From Geosiphon pyriformis uo1 (taxonomy: Eukaryota; Fungi; Glomeromycota): a stretch of DNA of 50,318 nt. The notes beneath the pieces are model-generated. The model saw nothing but the letters and a program-made list of their open reading frames with translations, did no database searches and was not told the DNA's origin. The stretch is from assembly GCA_016748015.1 (NCBI GenBank), contig JAAOMT010000281.1, positions 1 through 50,318 of the forward strand. Direction: 5' to 3'. Below are positions 1 through 12,100 of this stretch, piece by piece (positions within the stretch are counted from its first letter, which is position 1; every line of letters begins with the position of its first letter). The translations under genes and the position numbers were made by a program.

Positions 1-565
1 AATATGAACACCATGTTCTTTATGCTGCGGCCATTTACATTATTCAGTCTAGTGTATTAATTTTTGCATAAGAGATATGGGTCCCACGGTTTTAAGGGTG
101 ATGTGAATTTGATTTCCCATTCTGATTGTATTTAGCCATTTTAGGATAGCCGAGTCAAAAAAAAATGAGTGATGAGGATCTGCTTAATATTACGTTAGTC
201 ATGAGGATCCGCGTAATAATATAAAAAATTTCCAGAAAGTACTAAGGTTTCAAAAAATGACGCTTTGTTTTTAATAGTTAAACCCACCCTTGTATTCTTG
301 TTTTTGCATGAAAAAAAAACGCGTAATTTTTGATCTCAAAATCAACAACTTAGAGGCAGTAACATATATAAAGAGGTGTTCCCTGTCTTTAAGCAAAATT
401 TTATCCTATATAGAATTACTCTTAACTTTATTGACGACGAATTACCGGCGTCCACCAACTCACGAACCCAACAGCTATAACTAGTACGGTTAACGACTCA
501 CTACTCATGACTCACGAATTCAAAGAACACTAAAAAAATCCAAGAGAGATTCATTCTCGTATCGA

Positions 566-1068
566 GTCGTACTAATAACCGCAGGAGGTCTCCAAGGTTA
601 AAAGCCTCCAGTTGATAGAACAATCCAGGTAAGGGTGTTGACGTATCTCTTCTAGCTCTAAGTGTTGAGTGAGGGAGGGGGGCATCCTTTACAGGAAAGA
701 ACCCCAACCTTAACCGAAGAAACTCAACCAAGCACGGGGTTTCCAACTTCTTTATATCGCCAAATGTGGTGTTCTCTAACCACTGTGCATGCACTCATTC
801 TGCCGAATGTCTGCTTTCACTTAGGGTTTATGACATGAATTGTTATACCTCTGTGCGTGTACCCATTCTGCCGAATGTCTACTTCCACTTACGGTCAATG
901 ACATGAATTGTTATTTAACCTCTGTGCTTGCCGCATTCCAGCTAAATGTCTGTTTCCACTTATGGTTGATGATGTGCATCATGGGTTAAACTGTTCCTAT
1001 CTACTATCTAGTGAACGGCAAAATCGGCAGGAAAAGAAGACCCTATTGAGCTTGACTCTAGTTTGATA
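566..1068 (+). rRNA. Degenerate, non-functional 28S/LSU rRNA-derived fragments (copy A)
   Basis: Blocks match conserved eukaryotic LSU sequence in native order: 566-635 (GTCGTACT.ATAACCGCAG.AGGTCTCCAAGGT.AA.AGCCTC.AGTTGATAGAACAAT), 716-738 (GAAGAAA.TCAACCAAGC.CGGG), 991-1068 (CTGT.CCTATCTACTATCTAG...AAAGAAGACCCT.TTGAGCTTGACTCTAGTTTGA). Comparison made from recalled LSU sequence. Confidence 0.9.
781..975. repeat. ~2.8 copies of a 68-70 bp tandem repeat inside the LSU-derived sequence
   Basis: cattc(t)gccgaatgtct...cactta.ggt..atgacatgaattgttat recurs with cattc at 796, 864 and 934. The same array is at ~9346-9540. Confidence 0.9.
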
Positions 1069-1083
1069 CCAACAATTGACGGA

Positions 1084-1503
1084 TAACCATTGCTCACCAA
1101 TGATTCGCGAATTCAACATTCGAATGACAATCACCCACCAATAATTCGCCAATTAACCTTCGAATGTAACCACCACCCACCAATAATTCGAAACTCAACA
1201 TTCGAATAACCACCAGCCACCAAAAATGCGCGAATTCAACATTCAAATATAACCAGCACCCACCAGTAACTCGCAATTCAACATTCGAATAACCACCAGC
1301 CACCAATAATTCGCGATTCAACATTCGAATATGACAACCACCCACCAATATTTCACGAATTCAACCTTCGAATATAACTACCAAACACTAATAATTCGGA
1401 ACTCAACATTCGAATAACCACCAGCCACCAAAAATGCGCGAATTCAACATTCAAATATAACCAGCACTCACCAGTAACTCGCAATTCAACATTCGAATAA
1501 CCA
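1084..1503. repeat. Minisatellite, 10 units of ~41 bp, organised as two copies of a 5-unit block
   Basis: Consensus taaccaccacccaccaataattcgcgaattcaacattcgaa. Diagnostic variants of units 2-5 recur in units 7-10. Confidence 0.95.
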
Positions 1504-1612
1504 ATGAATACGGAATAGAAATTCATGAACAATCGATCATCAAATAACTGAATTAAATTTTAGGATTAGGTGGTGAGGAATTGATAATTGTTACTCTGTT
1601 ATTTATGCTTTG

Positions 1613-1724
1613 CAAGAATAAAGAGTGGGAGGGGGGCAGTTTAAGATTTCTTACAAGAATGAAAAGCGGGAGGGGTAGTTTTAGTTTAGGATTTCTTACA
1701 AGAGTGAAGAGCGGGAGGAGGTAG
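1613..1724. repeat. ~2.5 copies of a 41-45 bp G-rich repeat
   Basis: caagaatgaaaagcgggaggggtagt...ttaagatttctta starts at 1613, 1654 and 1699. Also present at ~10022-10134. Confidence 0.85.
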
Positions 1725-2979
1725 CCACATTTGTCAATTATCTTTTCTATATCCATCTAGTCTATATAGAAAAATTGTTCACCGTTGCCAATTCTGATAA
1801 ACTCTTGTTATTTACTGTTTATTGTTTAAGCCTATTGAAATTTAATTCAGAAATTTGAAATGATCGATATAAAATAGTTAAGAAACCTAATGTATAATAA
1901 ACTATTGTAATTAATATAAGTATTTTTAAATGATAATAGTTCGGTAATAACTTTAAGAATTGCTAAAATTAGCTTAAGTCCAAGCAACAATAACTTTATT
2001 TTTCAAACCACCGATCAAATATACTTCCCGAGACCTTTTATATGCAAATTCCGTTTATTTGATGATCTAATATCGGGTTTAATTATTAAAGTTTATGCTT
2101 TGATATGCTTTTCATCATGTAAAACGAGAACCCTCTGCCCTTTGCTATCGAAATGTATTAATTTCATCAACTACGAATGAAAAATTTAGCATTTTCGAAA
2201 AACAATGATGAGTAAATGTACTTGCTAAAAGTCATGTTCAGTCTGGTCATTCAATACATCCTTTATTTATTACTTGGGAGTTATCAAAAGTTTTTGATGC
2301 TCAAGTGAGGACTTTGATATATCTTAGGATATTATTGTCAAAATCGATCACACGCAATAATGCTTGAATCAAATAGACGAGCGTTTTATTGTTAAATAAA
2401 ATCTAATATCTAAATCTTTAAAATTAAGTCTCGTTTCAGTTAATTAAAATTCCACAATATTTCTTTAACAAAAATAATTTTATTTCTAGAATTTTATTTA
2501 TTTATGCGAAAGTGATTTTTTAATGCACAAATTATTTTTGATACTTTCTAAATTTGATGAAAGAAATATATAATTAAAATTTCGGGGGGGGGGGCGTGTA
2601 GGTGTAATAATTCAGAGATTAATATGATTATTAATTCATTTTGGTTTAACGCATTTATTTTTAGCAGAAATTAATAAAAACAAACTTAATATATATTTTT
2701 TATTTGTCTTTTTCATTTCTATACTAAGCTTTTTAGTAAACGATTAAAAGAAACTGTAAGACTCTTGTACTCTTATTTAAACATTAAACTCTATTATATT
2801 CAAAAATTAATATTATTTAAAATCGCTATGTTGTTTTCTTTCTTTAATCACTTTAAGTTGCAAAAGATTGTTTTATTCAAAGTTGTCTAAAGTAGCTTGT
2901 AAATTCGTTTCAATAATAGAGATATAAAAGATTATTAAAGTGAGAGCATTTATAATTTTTCTCTAATGAGCTTTATGTT

Positions 2980-3316
2980 ATAAGACAGGCAAAATTCCGG
3001 TTTCAAATATCTCATACAACCTTGGCACTAAGTATTGCGTTAAAATTATTCAATATTTATTATTGGATTATTTTTCTGAAATAGTTATTTATAATCTCAA
3101 CTAATTGAGAATATTAGAGCTGTGTTAGAGCATAATATAAAGAAAAAAGTAAAAAGAATGGTTGCAAAAAAAAGGGGTATCTTAAGAAATTTTTATTGGT
3201 CAAATCAAAGAAGAATGGGCAAACCTTCTAGAAAGTTGGTTTTTACTTACATTCATGACATGTATGTCCGTATTCAGGCTTGTATAAATGTCAAAGGAGG
3301 CTTTATTTAATATTAA
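2980..3316 (+). mobile_element. Relic of a Tc1-type (DDE_3) transposase C-terminus
   Basis: Frameshifted translation gives LN-IENIRAVLEHNIKKK, EEWA and YIHDMYVRIQACINVKGG, resembling the Tc1 motifs DLNPIENxW, EEW and MPxRxxAxIxAKGG. Confidence 0.65.
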
Positions 3317-3319
3317 TTT

Positions 3320-6300
3320 ATAGCTTTGAAATTAATGAAACATATTCTGGTTTTTGATATAGAATATATGAGATTATTTTTTAAAAAATTAAATTTCAAA
3401 TTTGCAATATATGTATATGTTAGATTTGATAAAGGTTTTCCATCTTTACCAAAATTATATATATATGTATATATACTTAGCATTGAGAAATTTTTAAACT
3501 TTTAAAATTATGCCAAATTTCAAGTTCTAAAAAGTTTTAAGAATTTTAAAGCCTTTTTATCTCAGTTGTTTGAAAATTCTATTTTAACTTAAAATATTAT
3601 CTGAAATTGCTCGCTTGAAAATTACCGGGTTGCCTTAAATTATTTTTACTTAATTTTGTTGGTAATTTTTATATAAAGTATTATAATTTCAGCAGCAAAA
3701 CACCATATTAACAGGTTTAGTGCAGGTAGCTTTTTTTATTACTGCTTCAGTTTTTGTTATTTTCAAGACTTGATTTATATTTTTAATATTAAAATACGAA
3801 TTTGCTTAATAAATCTATTTTTTAATTCTACAACAAATTAGTTTAAGATTTAAGAATCTAAATATTAAGTATTTATTTCAAATTATTGAACTTTTCTAAA
3901 TTAATATTACCATTTTTTGTCGGCTTTTGTTTAATGCTTTTAAATTGGGGTTAAAAAGCAATTAAGGTGTTTTTATTGGTAAAATACTGAATTAAATCAT
4001 CTTTAAATCAGCAAATAAAATAAATACAACTGATTGGTTTTGAAATTATATGTTTGCTGTATTTACTAAATGAAATAGAAATATTTTAAGAGCTTTAGCT
4101 ATTAATAAGTATTTGCTTCAACTGTATTTGCAATTTTGTTAAATTATTTTTACTTGTTAATTTAAGAATCTTGAAATTTAATATTATATAGTTGTTTTTT
4201 TTGTTTTTTTATTTTCTTCTGTTTTTAAGGTTTTTAAATAATAACTAAAACAGTTTTTGTGCTAGTTTTTAGTTGGTAATTAAATGCTCTTATTACAACT
4301 TAAAATAATATGTTCACAAATAGCAAAGAGTACAAATATTATATATATTAAAAAAGTTATCAAAAATTCTTATTAAAAAAAATAAATTATATAAGTAGTT
4401 TTATAAAAATTACAGCTATTGATCTTTATAATAATTTTAAGTTTAAAATAATTTGTATTGTCAACAAAAAATAATACAATTGTTATAATTCTATGTTTCA
4501 ATTTAAATTTTTTGAAATTTAATAACAGATATTTTTCGTTTTAATAGTACTTAAATAGTTAAATGGCTTTTATAGCTTTGAAAAATTTTATTTATATACT
4601 TTTTAAAAAACCAAATTAATAAGAAAATTAATAATTAGATTTAAAATTAGGTTAGTAACTAAATTAATAAAATTTAACTATTGTTAAAGTTTTTGAGGTT
4701 TTGTAAAAATAAATAATTTAAATAAATTAATGTTATTTTGCATTAAATTATTTAAAGCTATTATTACAGATTGAAATAATAAGCTAATACATAACAAAAA
4801 AACAAGTATTGTATAAAAATAACACAATTAAAATATATTCAACAGAAGTAAATTAAATTTGTATCAATTTAATATATAAGTTTAGTTTTATAAACATTTT
4901 ATTTGCTAATTTTGTCAAAGAATTCGAACTAATATAGTTTTATGTTTTAATTTATTTAACAGTACTTTTCAAAAATTAAGATATTTTCTTTACATGTTTA
5001 GATTAAAAGATATAAGAACATAAAGTTACTGATTCTTAAACTATAAATTATTGATCAAATTAATAATTACATCAATAACTAATTCTAAAATAGAGTGGCT
5101 TATATGTATACTTAAATATAATTGAATAATTAATAAAAATAAAAAAATGAATTAATGCACTATAATTTACTTATTAAAAACAACATACCTGTACGCTGCA
5201 ATTATTTTAAAACTGAAGTTAAAAATAATCAACCCAAGTTTGAATTTAAATTACAATTAAACAACCAGTAAATAAAACTGATTAATTTTTTTTAAGCTAA
5301 TAATTCTAAAATATTTTATTATTTGTTTTTAATTGAAAATTAAAGCAAACAATCTGAATGGATTGCAATATATAATTTAACAAAATTGCTGTTTTAAATG
5401 CACAGTTATCAAAATTAATTATTTTAATTCTATCGTTAATTACTTCTATAATATTATCTAATTGTGTAATGCAACTAATGCAAAAATGCAAAAAAAAACT
5501 TCCAAAAATTTGAAGTTGGAAACTAGTTTCTAAAGTAGAATATAAAGTTGTTATTTACAGTATATTGACTTTTTACACAATTTCACAAATATTATCAAGA
5601 ATTTTGTTTAACAAAAAACAAACAAAAACAATATTTTGCCTAAATTAATTTTTTTAAAAACTGTTTTATTTCATATAATGTCCAATATTATTAAAATTAT
5701 CTATCATAATATATGTTTTAAAACATTTATTCAACTAAAAATTGTCTAAAATTTTAAAATTCATACCAAGTTACATTCACAAGTTAAGACAGCTCTAATT
5801 TTACTCTAATCGAATGCAAAAAATTGGTTTCAAAATTACCATTTGTTACAATAATTAAACTAATCAAGCTTAAATAAAAAAATTAATATTAAAAGTCAAA
5901 AATATTGATTTTGAATGTACAAATAATATCACAATTTTTTCCAAAACTAAAGTATGCCATTGAAGCAACAAAAATCACTTAGTCATTTTTTTACTTTTGC
6001 TCAAACTTACCAATTAAATTTTAAAAAAATTTTGGCCAAACCAAACATAAAATCTCAAAGTTTTAGTTTATTTAATTATCTTAATATAATTATTGAAAAT
6101 TTTGTTATAAACTTAAGAATTTAAATTAAACTAGTTTTAATTGCATTAGTATTAGTTAACTTAATAATTATTAATTTATAGTTTGATAAAAATATTGAAA
6201 AAAATATTTTTGTTGATTTTATTTTTAAATAAAAGATGATTTGTTTTAGTAAATTGTATTTATTATAAGTATCTAAACTTCTTAACTATTAAAAAATGCA

Positions 6301-7860
6301 CTTTTTGTGTATTATTTTTTTAATATCTATATTGTTATATAGTTTGAAATAATACATGACTTAATTATAATATTTAGTTACATATGTAAATTGCTACAAA
6401 TTGAGTTATTGATAAAATAAAGGACAAAAATAATTTATATAAATAAAAAGATAATAAGAATAATTTTATTCTAATTTTTGGTTCAAATACATAACAGATA
6501 AACGAGAAATTAAAAACAATGTAAAATTAATTAAATATATGAACAAATCAATAAATATAATTATTTTCAAAAACTCAGTTGCTAATTTTTCTAAAAAAAT
6601 CTGAAAATAGAAAAAACGGTTATGATTTTTAACAAAAAATAATACAGCTGTTATAATTTTAATAATTTAAAAATTTAAAAACAATATCATTTATGTCCAG
6701 CAGTTATTTTTTTAAAAAATATAAAAGCTAGTTTTTTACTTATCAAGTTATTTTTAACAATATACAAATTAAAAAAAAAGTAATTGCAGAAACTTGATTT
6801 CTATCTTCTCTAAAATTTATTGTCTCAAAAGGGATTGTATGAGGGAAGTAAGATGTAAGGTTTAAGATTTTAGATTGGATGTGAAAAAGTAGTTTCCTTC
6901 TGGAAAAAAAATTATAATTAAATTCCCACTAAGTACAAGAAATATTTAAGAAATAAAAAAACCCGAGCAAGGTCCTTATAAAATGCCTATCTCAATCTAT
7001 TTGTTTAAAGATTTTAATTTATAAAAAAATCTCTTTGTCGAAATTAATGAAGTTTCTTGATTTTAGGATCCTGTTTATTATTTTTTTAAAAATTAACAAT
7101 GCAATACTTTACTTTTGATCAAGAGCATGTTATAACTGGAAAGTTATAGGTAAAAAAAAATTCTTTGAATGTGAAAGTTGCCAATTATTTTTTGTTGAAA
7201 ATGATCTTGCAGTATAAAATATTTTAGAATATTTTACACTTCAAGTTTTATTGAAAAATCAAATTTTTTACCAAATTTCTTAGATCTTAATGTTATAGTT
7301 AATTTATTTATTCAGCTATTATATGTTAATAATACAGAGCAATATTTTATTTTAAAAATAAATTGTTGACTTGATTATTGACTGAATTGGTTAAACTTTT
7401 TTAGAAAAATATAATTGACATAGTATAAAATTTGCAAATCTCTTTCTTATTATTCCAAATTTTATTTGTTAAATATAATCAGCTTTAAATTAATAAAACT
7501 ATTTGTAATTTTAAATCTTTGTTGATTGAAATTGATTTATTTTATTGAATAAATTACAAAATTTAATTCAAAGCTCTTTTTTTCTTTTTTTTACTCATTA
7601 GTTCCAAATTTAAATTAAATCAAAGAGTCATTTTTTGATTAACTAATAAATCAAAATCAATTTTATTTGAAAATTTGGTCTTTGATATACAATTTTTAAA
7701 TATTTTTTTAAAAGTATTTATAGAAAATATGCAGATATATTTTAAATTACGTTTTTTATTTGTTAAATTAATCAAGGTATTTATTGATTTTATACAAAAA
7801 ATACTATTTGATTGTGCTTCTATTTGCAGCAGTTACATAATTTCGATCAAATTTTCATAA
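3320..7860. other. Extremely AT-rich, CpG-depleted block, probably decayed repeat/TE sequence
   Basis: Almost no CG dinucleotides, no credible ORF in ~4.5 kb, and an abrupt return to more normal composition near 7860. TE origin is inference. Confidence 0.5.
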
Positions 7861-9130
7861 TAATGTATTCAGAAAGAGCATTCCGGGCTTGTTTAATTAC
7901 CATTTAAGTTCTGGATGATTAAATAGTGGTATGAAGTACGACAACAATCATAGCTTTCAAAAATTCTCAATCGGGCCACGGTAATATTGCAATTCCAGCT
8001 GTGTCAACTTTGGAATCATATGGAATGATATTTTCTTGCGTAAAATATTTTCCATTAAGTCCTTGTCAGAATTGTGTGAAAAACGTTTTTTTATGAAAAG
8101 GAATTTTTTTGATATTTGACTTGTTTCTTATGATGTGTTTTAGTCATTGCAGATTTACATTGAAATGTAAGATTACAATCTATCGCATGTTCAAAAAAAA
8201 TTTCTATACACAGATATGATAACATAGAGCCATCGATTATAAACAAAAATAACGTGGTCGCATAATTTTAGCCGTCACTGTGGAATGATAATGATTAAAT
8301 TTTTATTATTATTTAAATAAGAGCTTCTTTCAATTTTATTAAGTAAATAAATCAATAATTAAATGACGCAATTAACTCAAAAAATTGATAGTCTAGATGT
8401 TTGATAGATGAGCTAATTAAAGAATTTAGTATAGAAAAAGAAGATAAAATTTACGCTTTAAAAAACGGGGGTATTCGTATAACGCAATAAAGGTCTGTTT
8501 CAAAAAAGGAAGGGGGAAACATCTATTGGACTCGAGTAATTTGCCTTAATGTTTGGAGGCGCTTTCGGCTATGAAATATGAACAGCATGTTCTTTATGCT
8601 GTGGCCATTTACATTATTCAGTCTAGTGTATTAATTTTTGCATAAGAGATATGGGTCCCACGGTTTTAAGGGTGATGTGAATTTGATTTCCCATACTGAT
8701 TGTATTTAGCCATTTTAGGATAGCCGAGTCAAAAAAAATGAGTGATGAGGATCTGCTTAATATTACGTTAGTCATGAGGATCCAGAAAGTACTAAGGTTT
8801 CAAAAAATGACGCTTTGTTTTTAATAGTTAACCCCACCCTTGTATTCTTGGATTCTTGTTTTCACGTTTTCGCGTGAAAAACAAACGTATAATTTTGATT
8901 TCAAAATCAACAACTTAGAGGCAGTAACATATATAAAGAGGTGTTCCCTGCCTTCAAGCAAAATTTTATCCTATATAGGATTACTCTTAACTTTATCGAT
9001 GACGAATTACCGGCGTCCACCAACTCACGAACCCAACAGCTATAACCAGTACGACTAACGACTCACTACTCATTACTCACAAATTCAAAGAACACTAAAA
9101 ATATCCAAGAGAGATTCGTTCTCGTCCCCA

Positions 9131-9644
9131 GTCGTACTGATAACCGCAGCAGGTCTCCAAGGTTAAAAGCCTCCAGTTGATAGAACAATCCAGGTAAGGG
9201 TGTTGACGTATCTCTTTTAGCTCTAAGTGTTGTGTAAAGAAGAGGGGCATCCTTTACCAGAAAGAACCCCAACCTTAACCGAAGAAACTCAACCAAGCGC
9301 GGGGTTTCCAACTCCTTTATATCGCCAAAAGTGGTGTTCTCTAACCACTGTACATGCACCCATTCTGCTGAATGTCTGTTTTCACTTACGGTCTATGACA
9401 TGAATTGTTATACCTCTGTGCATGTACCCATTCTGCCGAATGTCTGCTTCCACTTATGGTCAATGACATGAATTGTTATTTAACCTCTGTGCTTGCCGCA
9501 TTCCAGCTAAATGTTTGTTTCCACTTATGGTTATTGATGTGCATCATGGGTTAAACTCTTCCTATCTACTATCTAGTGAATGGACTGAGCTTGGCAAAAT
9601 CGGCGGAAAAAGAAGACCCTAATAAGTTTGACTCTAGTTTGACA
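9131..9644 (+). rRNA. Degenerate, non-functional 28S/LSU rRNA-derived fragments (copy B)
   Basis: 9131-9200 gtcgtactgataaccgcagcaggtctccaagg...; 9281-9303 gaagaaactcaaccaagcgcggg (one mismatch to recalled LSU); ~9556-9644 cctatctactatctag...gcttggcaaaatc...aaagaagaccct...tgactctagtttgaca. Confidence 0.9.
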
Positions 9645-9659
9645 CCAACAATTGACGGA

Positions 9660-9911
9660 TAACCATCACCCACCAATAATTCACGATTCAACATTCGAAT
9701 ATGACTACCACCCACCAATATTTCATGAATTCAACCTTCGAATATAACTACCAAACACCAATAATTCGGAACTCAACATTCGAATAATCACCACCCACTA
9801 AAAATGCGCGAATTCAACATTCAAATATAACCAGCACCCACTAGTAACTCGCAATTCAACATTCGAATAACCACGCTCACCAGCAATTTGCAATTCAACA
9901 TTCGAATAACC
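9660..9911. repeat. Minisatellite, 6 units of ~41 bp (same family as 1084-1503)
   Basis: Six caacattcgaa-type unit ends were counted. Confidence 0.95.
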
Positions 9912-10774
9912 AATGAATACGGAATAGAAATTCATGAACAATCGATCATCAAATAACTGAATTAAATTTTAGGATTAGGTGGTGAGGAATTGATAATTGT
10001 TAGTCTGTTATTTATGCTTTGCAAGAATAAAAAGTGGGAGGGGGGCAGTTTAAGATTTCTTACAAGAATGAAAAGCGGGAGGGGGTAGTTTTAGTTTAAG
10101 ATTTCTTACAAGAGTGAAGAGCGGGAGGAGGTAGCAACATTTGTCAATTATCTTTTCTATATCCATCTAGTCTATATAGAAAAATTGTTCACCCGTTGCC
10201 AATTTTGATTAACTCTTGTTATTTACTGTTTATTGTTTAAGTCTATTGAAATTTAATTCAGAAATTTGAAATGATCGATATAAAATATTTAAGAAACCTA
10301 ATGTATAATAAACTTTAAGAATTGCTAATATTAGCTTAAGTCCAAGCAATAATTACTTTATTTTCAAACCACTGATCAAATATCCTTGAGACCTTTTTTA
10401 GGTAAGTTCGGATTTAGATTTTAAAATTAGGTAATATTGAGCATGCTTAATATATTTTTTTCACCGTGTAAAACGAAAACCCTCTTCCTTTGCTATCAAA
10501 ATATATTAATTTGATCAACACGAAAAAACCCAAATTTTAAATTGAAAACAACTTTTATTGGAATTTGATAATTTTATTTTAATTTGCCTCAAACTAAATC
10601 CACGCTTAAATACTTTTTCAATGAAGGCAAGGCCAAAACAAAACTTTAATTACTTCAATTTTTGAACCTTTTCATTTAAAAATAGCGAAGCCTTATATTT
10701 AGTGAAATAATTAGAACAATTATAAAAAAATTTATTAAAAAAAGGCAATAGACAATATATCTAAATAAATATTT

Positions 10775-12100
10775 CTAGAAAATTAAATTATCGGGATTAA
10801 ATTTAATTTTAGTGTCCTTATTTTTGATAGTAAAAAAAATAGCCATTAAAGAATGATTTATTGTTACCATAGGAGGACATTGCGACATCATTTGTCCTAA
10901 ATAAGGACCAATATGTGATGCGAAAGCTTCTTCAATTGATGCAGCCTCGGTTCTACCATTGCATTCCTAAATATATAAAAAATGGTTAATAACTGTTAAA
11001 GGATTGTTAAGATTAAAAACAAAATTTTGATTCTATAGCAACTTACCCGGCGTTTCAACTTTATCCCGCTTGTGGTTTTGGGGCCTGGGCATAAATAAAT
11101 ATTGAAATTATCCCCATTATTATCGGAAGTAGCACAGCCACAATCTTTTGGCGATATCCAAAGCTCCTGTCCATGGTGTAAATATTGCGCTTTCTTATAA
11201 CTCTTTGGATACTTGGGTATAAAATCATTATAACATGTCACTCTATATATTTTTAGATTCTTAAAGAAATTTAGCTAATGAGCGAATTTGTAGTTTTCGA
11301 ATCGAGGTTTACCATATGTGTAAACTTTAATCTGAGATAATTCACGCGCTTTTACTGTCAAGATTTCGAAAGCTCCAAGTACAGCAAACACTAAAAATTA
11401 ATGTCATTTAGATGAGTCTTGTCAAGAAATTCGATCAAAATATAAATATTTATGTATCACCACCAAGCCCATGTCCAACAAAACTCAAATTATATGCTGG
11501 TGGAATTCCTTTTTGTCTATGATCAATTTGACGCCTTAGTTCAGTTCACCCAAGTTGAAATTTAAGGGAAAAATTTCTATCGATCATCAGATCATTTGTA
11601 CTTTTGTATCGCGTTTGGAGTAGGTAACTTCAAAATCTAACTCTTTGGCACAAATCTGGATCAAGAAAACTGGTTTTTACGTATGCTTGTTATTTTCGCT
11701 AAGGTAGACGATTGAGATTTGAATTTTAAAATAATGAAATTTCGGGGAATTAATCATAAAGTAATGTAAAGTTTATAATGCAAGATGCTAATACCATAAA
11801 ATTCATCAGTCATTTTATAACGTCTTGATCGTTGACCGGATTTAAACAAAATGCTTCACTAGCGAAAAAGTGAATTTTTTCAATTTTTCTATAAACAGAT
11901 TATCCGATCGGAGTAAACCTTTTTTAGAGAATGTGTTGCTTATATGACGTTTTTCGAGTGTTGAACGACACTTTTCTAATAATTCTACTTGAATTTAACT
12001 GTATAGTTGACTTTAATCTAAAGATAAAAAAATAATTCAAGTATAATTAATTTTTATTTTTGAATTTTTTTCCACAATTTCGAAGGTTTTGCTCACATGG
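10775..12100 (-). pseudogene. Class-3 lipase-like pseudogene (GHGLG)
   Basis: Spliced motifs SFVGHGLG, VYTYGKPRF, YRVTCYNDFIP, YLHHGQELWI and SHIGPYLG. In-frame TAG near 11277 and further stops in the 5' exons. The 5' limit is approximate. Confidence 0.85.

Larger units (their letters stand above)
1..2170. repeat. Copy A of a ~2 kb direct repeat (composite unit with LSU rRNA-derived blocks and minisatellites); probably extends left of the window
   Basis: Position 1 (aatatgaacaccatgttctttatgctg) aligns with 8575. Collinear similarity of roughly 90% by eye continues to ~2040/10400 and more weakly to ~2170/10518. Confidence 0.95.
8575..10518. repeat. Copy B of the ~2 kb direct repeat
   Basis: Collinear with 1-2170. 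The duplicated spurious ORFs 8840/290 and 9066/501 reflect this. Confidence 0.95.

Noticed and set aside
566-1068. A functional, divergent rRNA gene
   Set aside because: The universally conserved H69-H71 sequence is destroyed, the rest of the LSU, 5.8S and SSU are absent, and the two copies carry different lesions.
1084-1503. 41 bp array as a CRISPR array
   Set aside because: There are no unique spacers: the variable parts are variants of one another and recur. The context is eukaryotic and there are no cas genes.
1561-1640. taggattaggtggtgag / agaataaagagtgggag as a further LSU block (TAGAATAAGTGGGAG)
   Set aside because: The order would fit, but the match is too short and gapped to support by eye.
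290-1756. ORFs 290-484, 501-794, 1094-1348 and 1553-1756 (and duplicates 8840-9058, 9066-9359) as proteins
   Set aside because: They are antisense readings of the rRNA-derived blocks or translations of tandem repeats. Their conservation only reflects the DNA duplication.
3640-7860. Assignment of the AT-rich block to a specific Ty3/Gypsy element
   Set aside because: Only vague peptide resemblances were seen. No RT, integrase or protease motif could be read reliably.
1-10518. The two 2 kb repeats as LTRs of one retrotransposon
   Set aside because: No TG...CA ends, PBS, PPT or recognisable gag/pol were found between them, and homology fades gradually at the right end. The left end lies outside the window, so this is not fully excluded.
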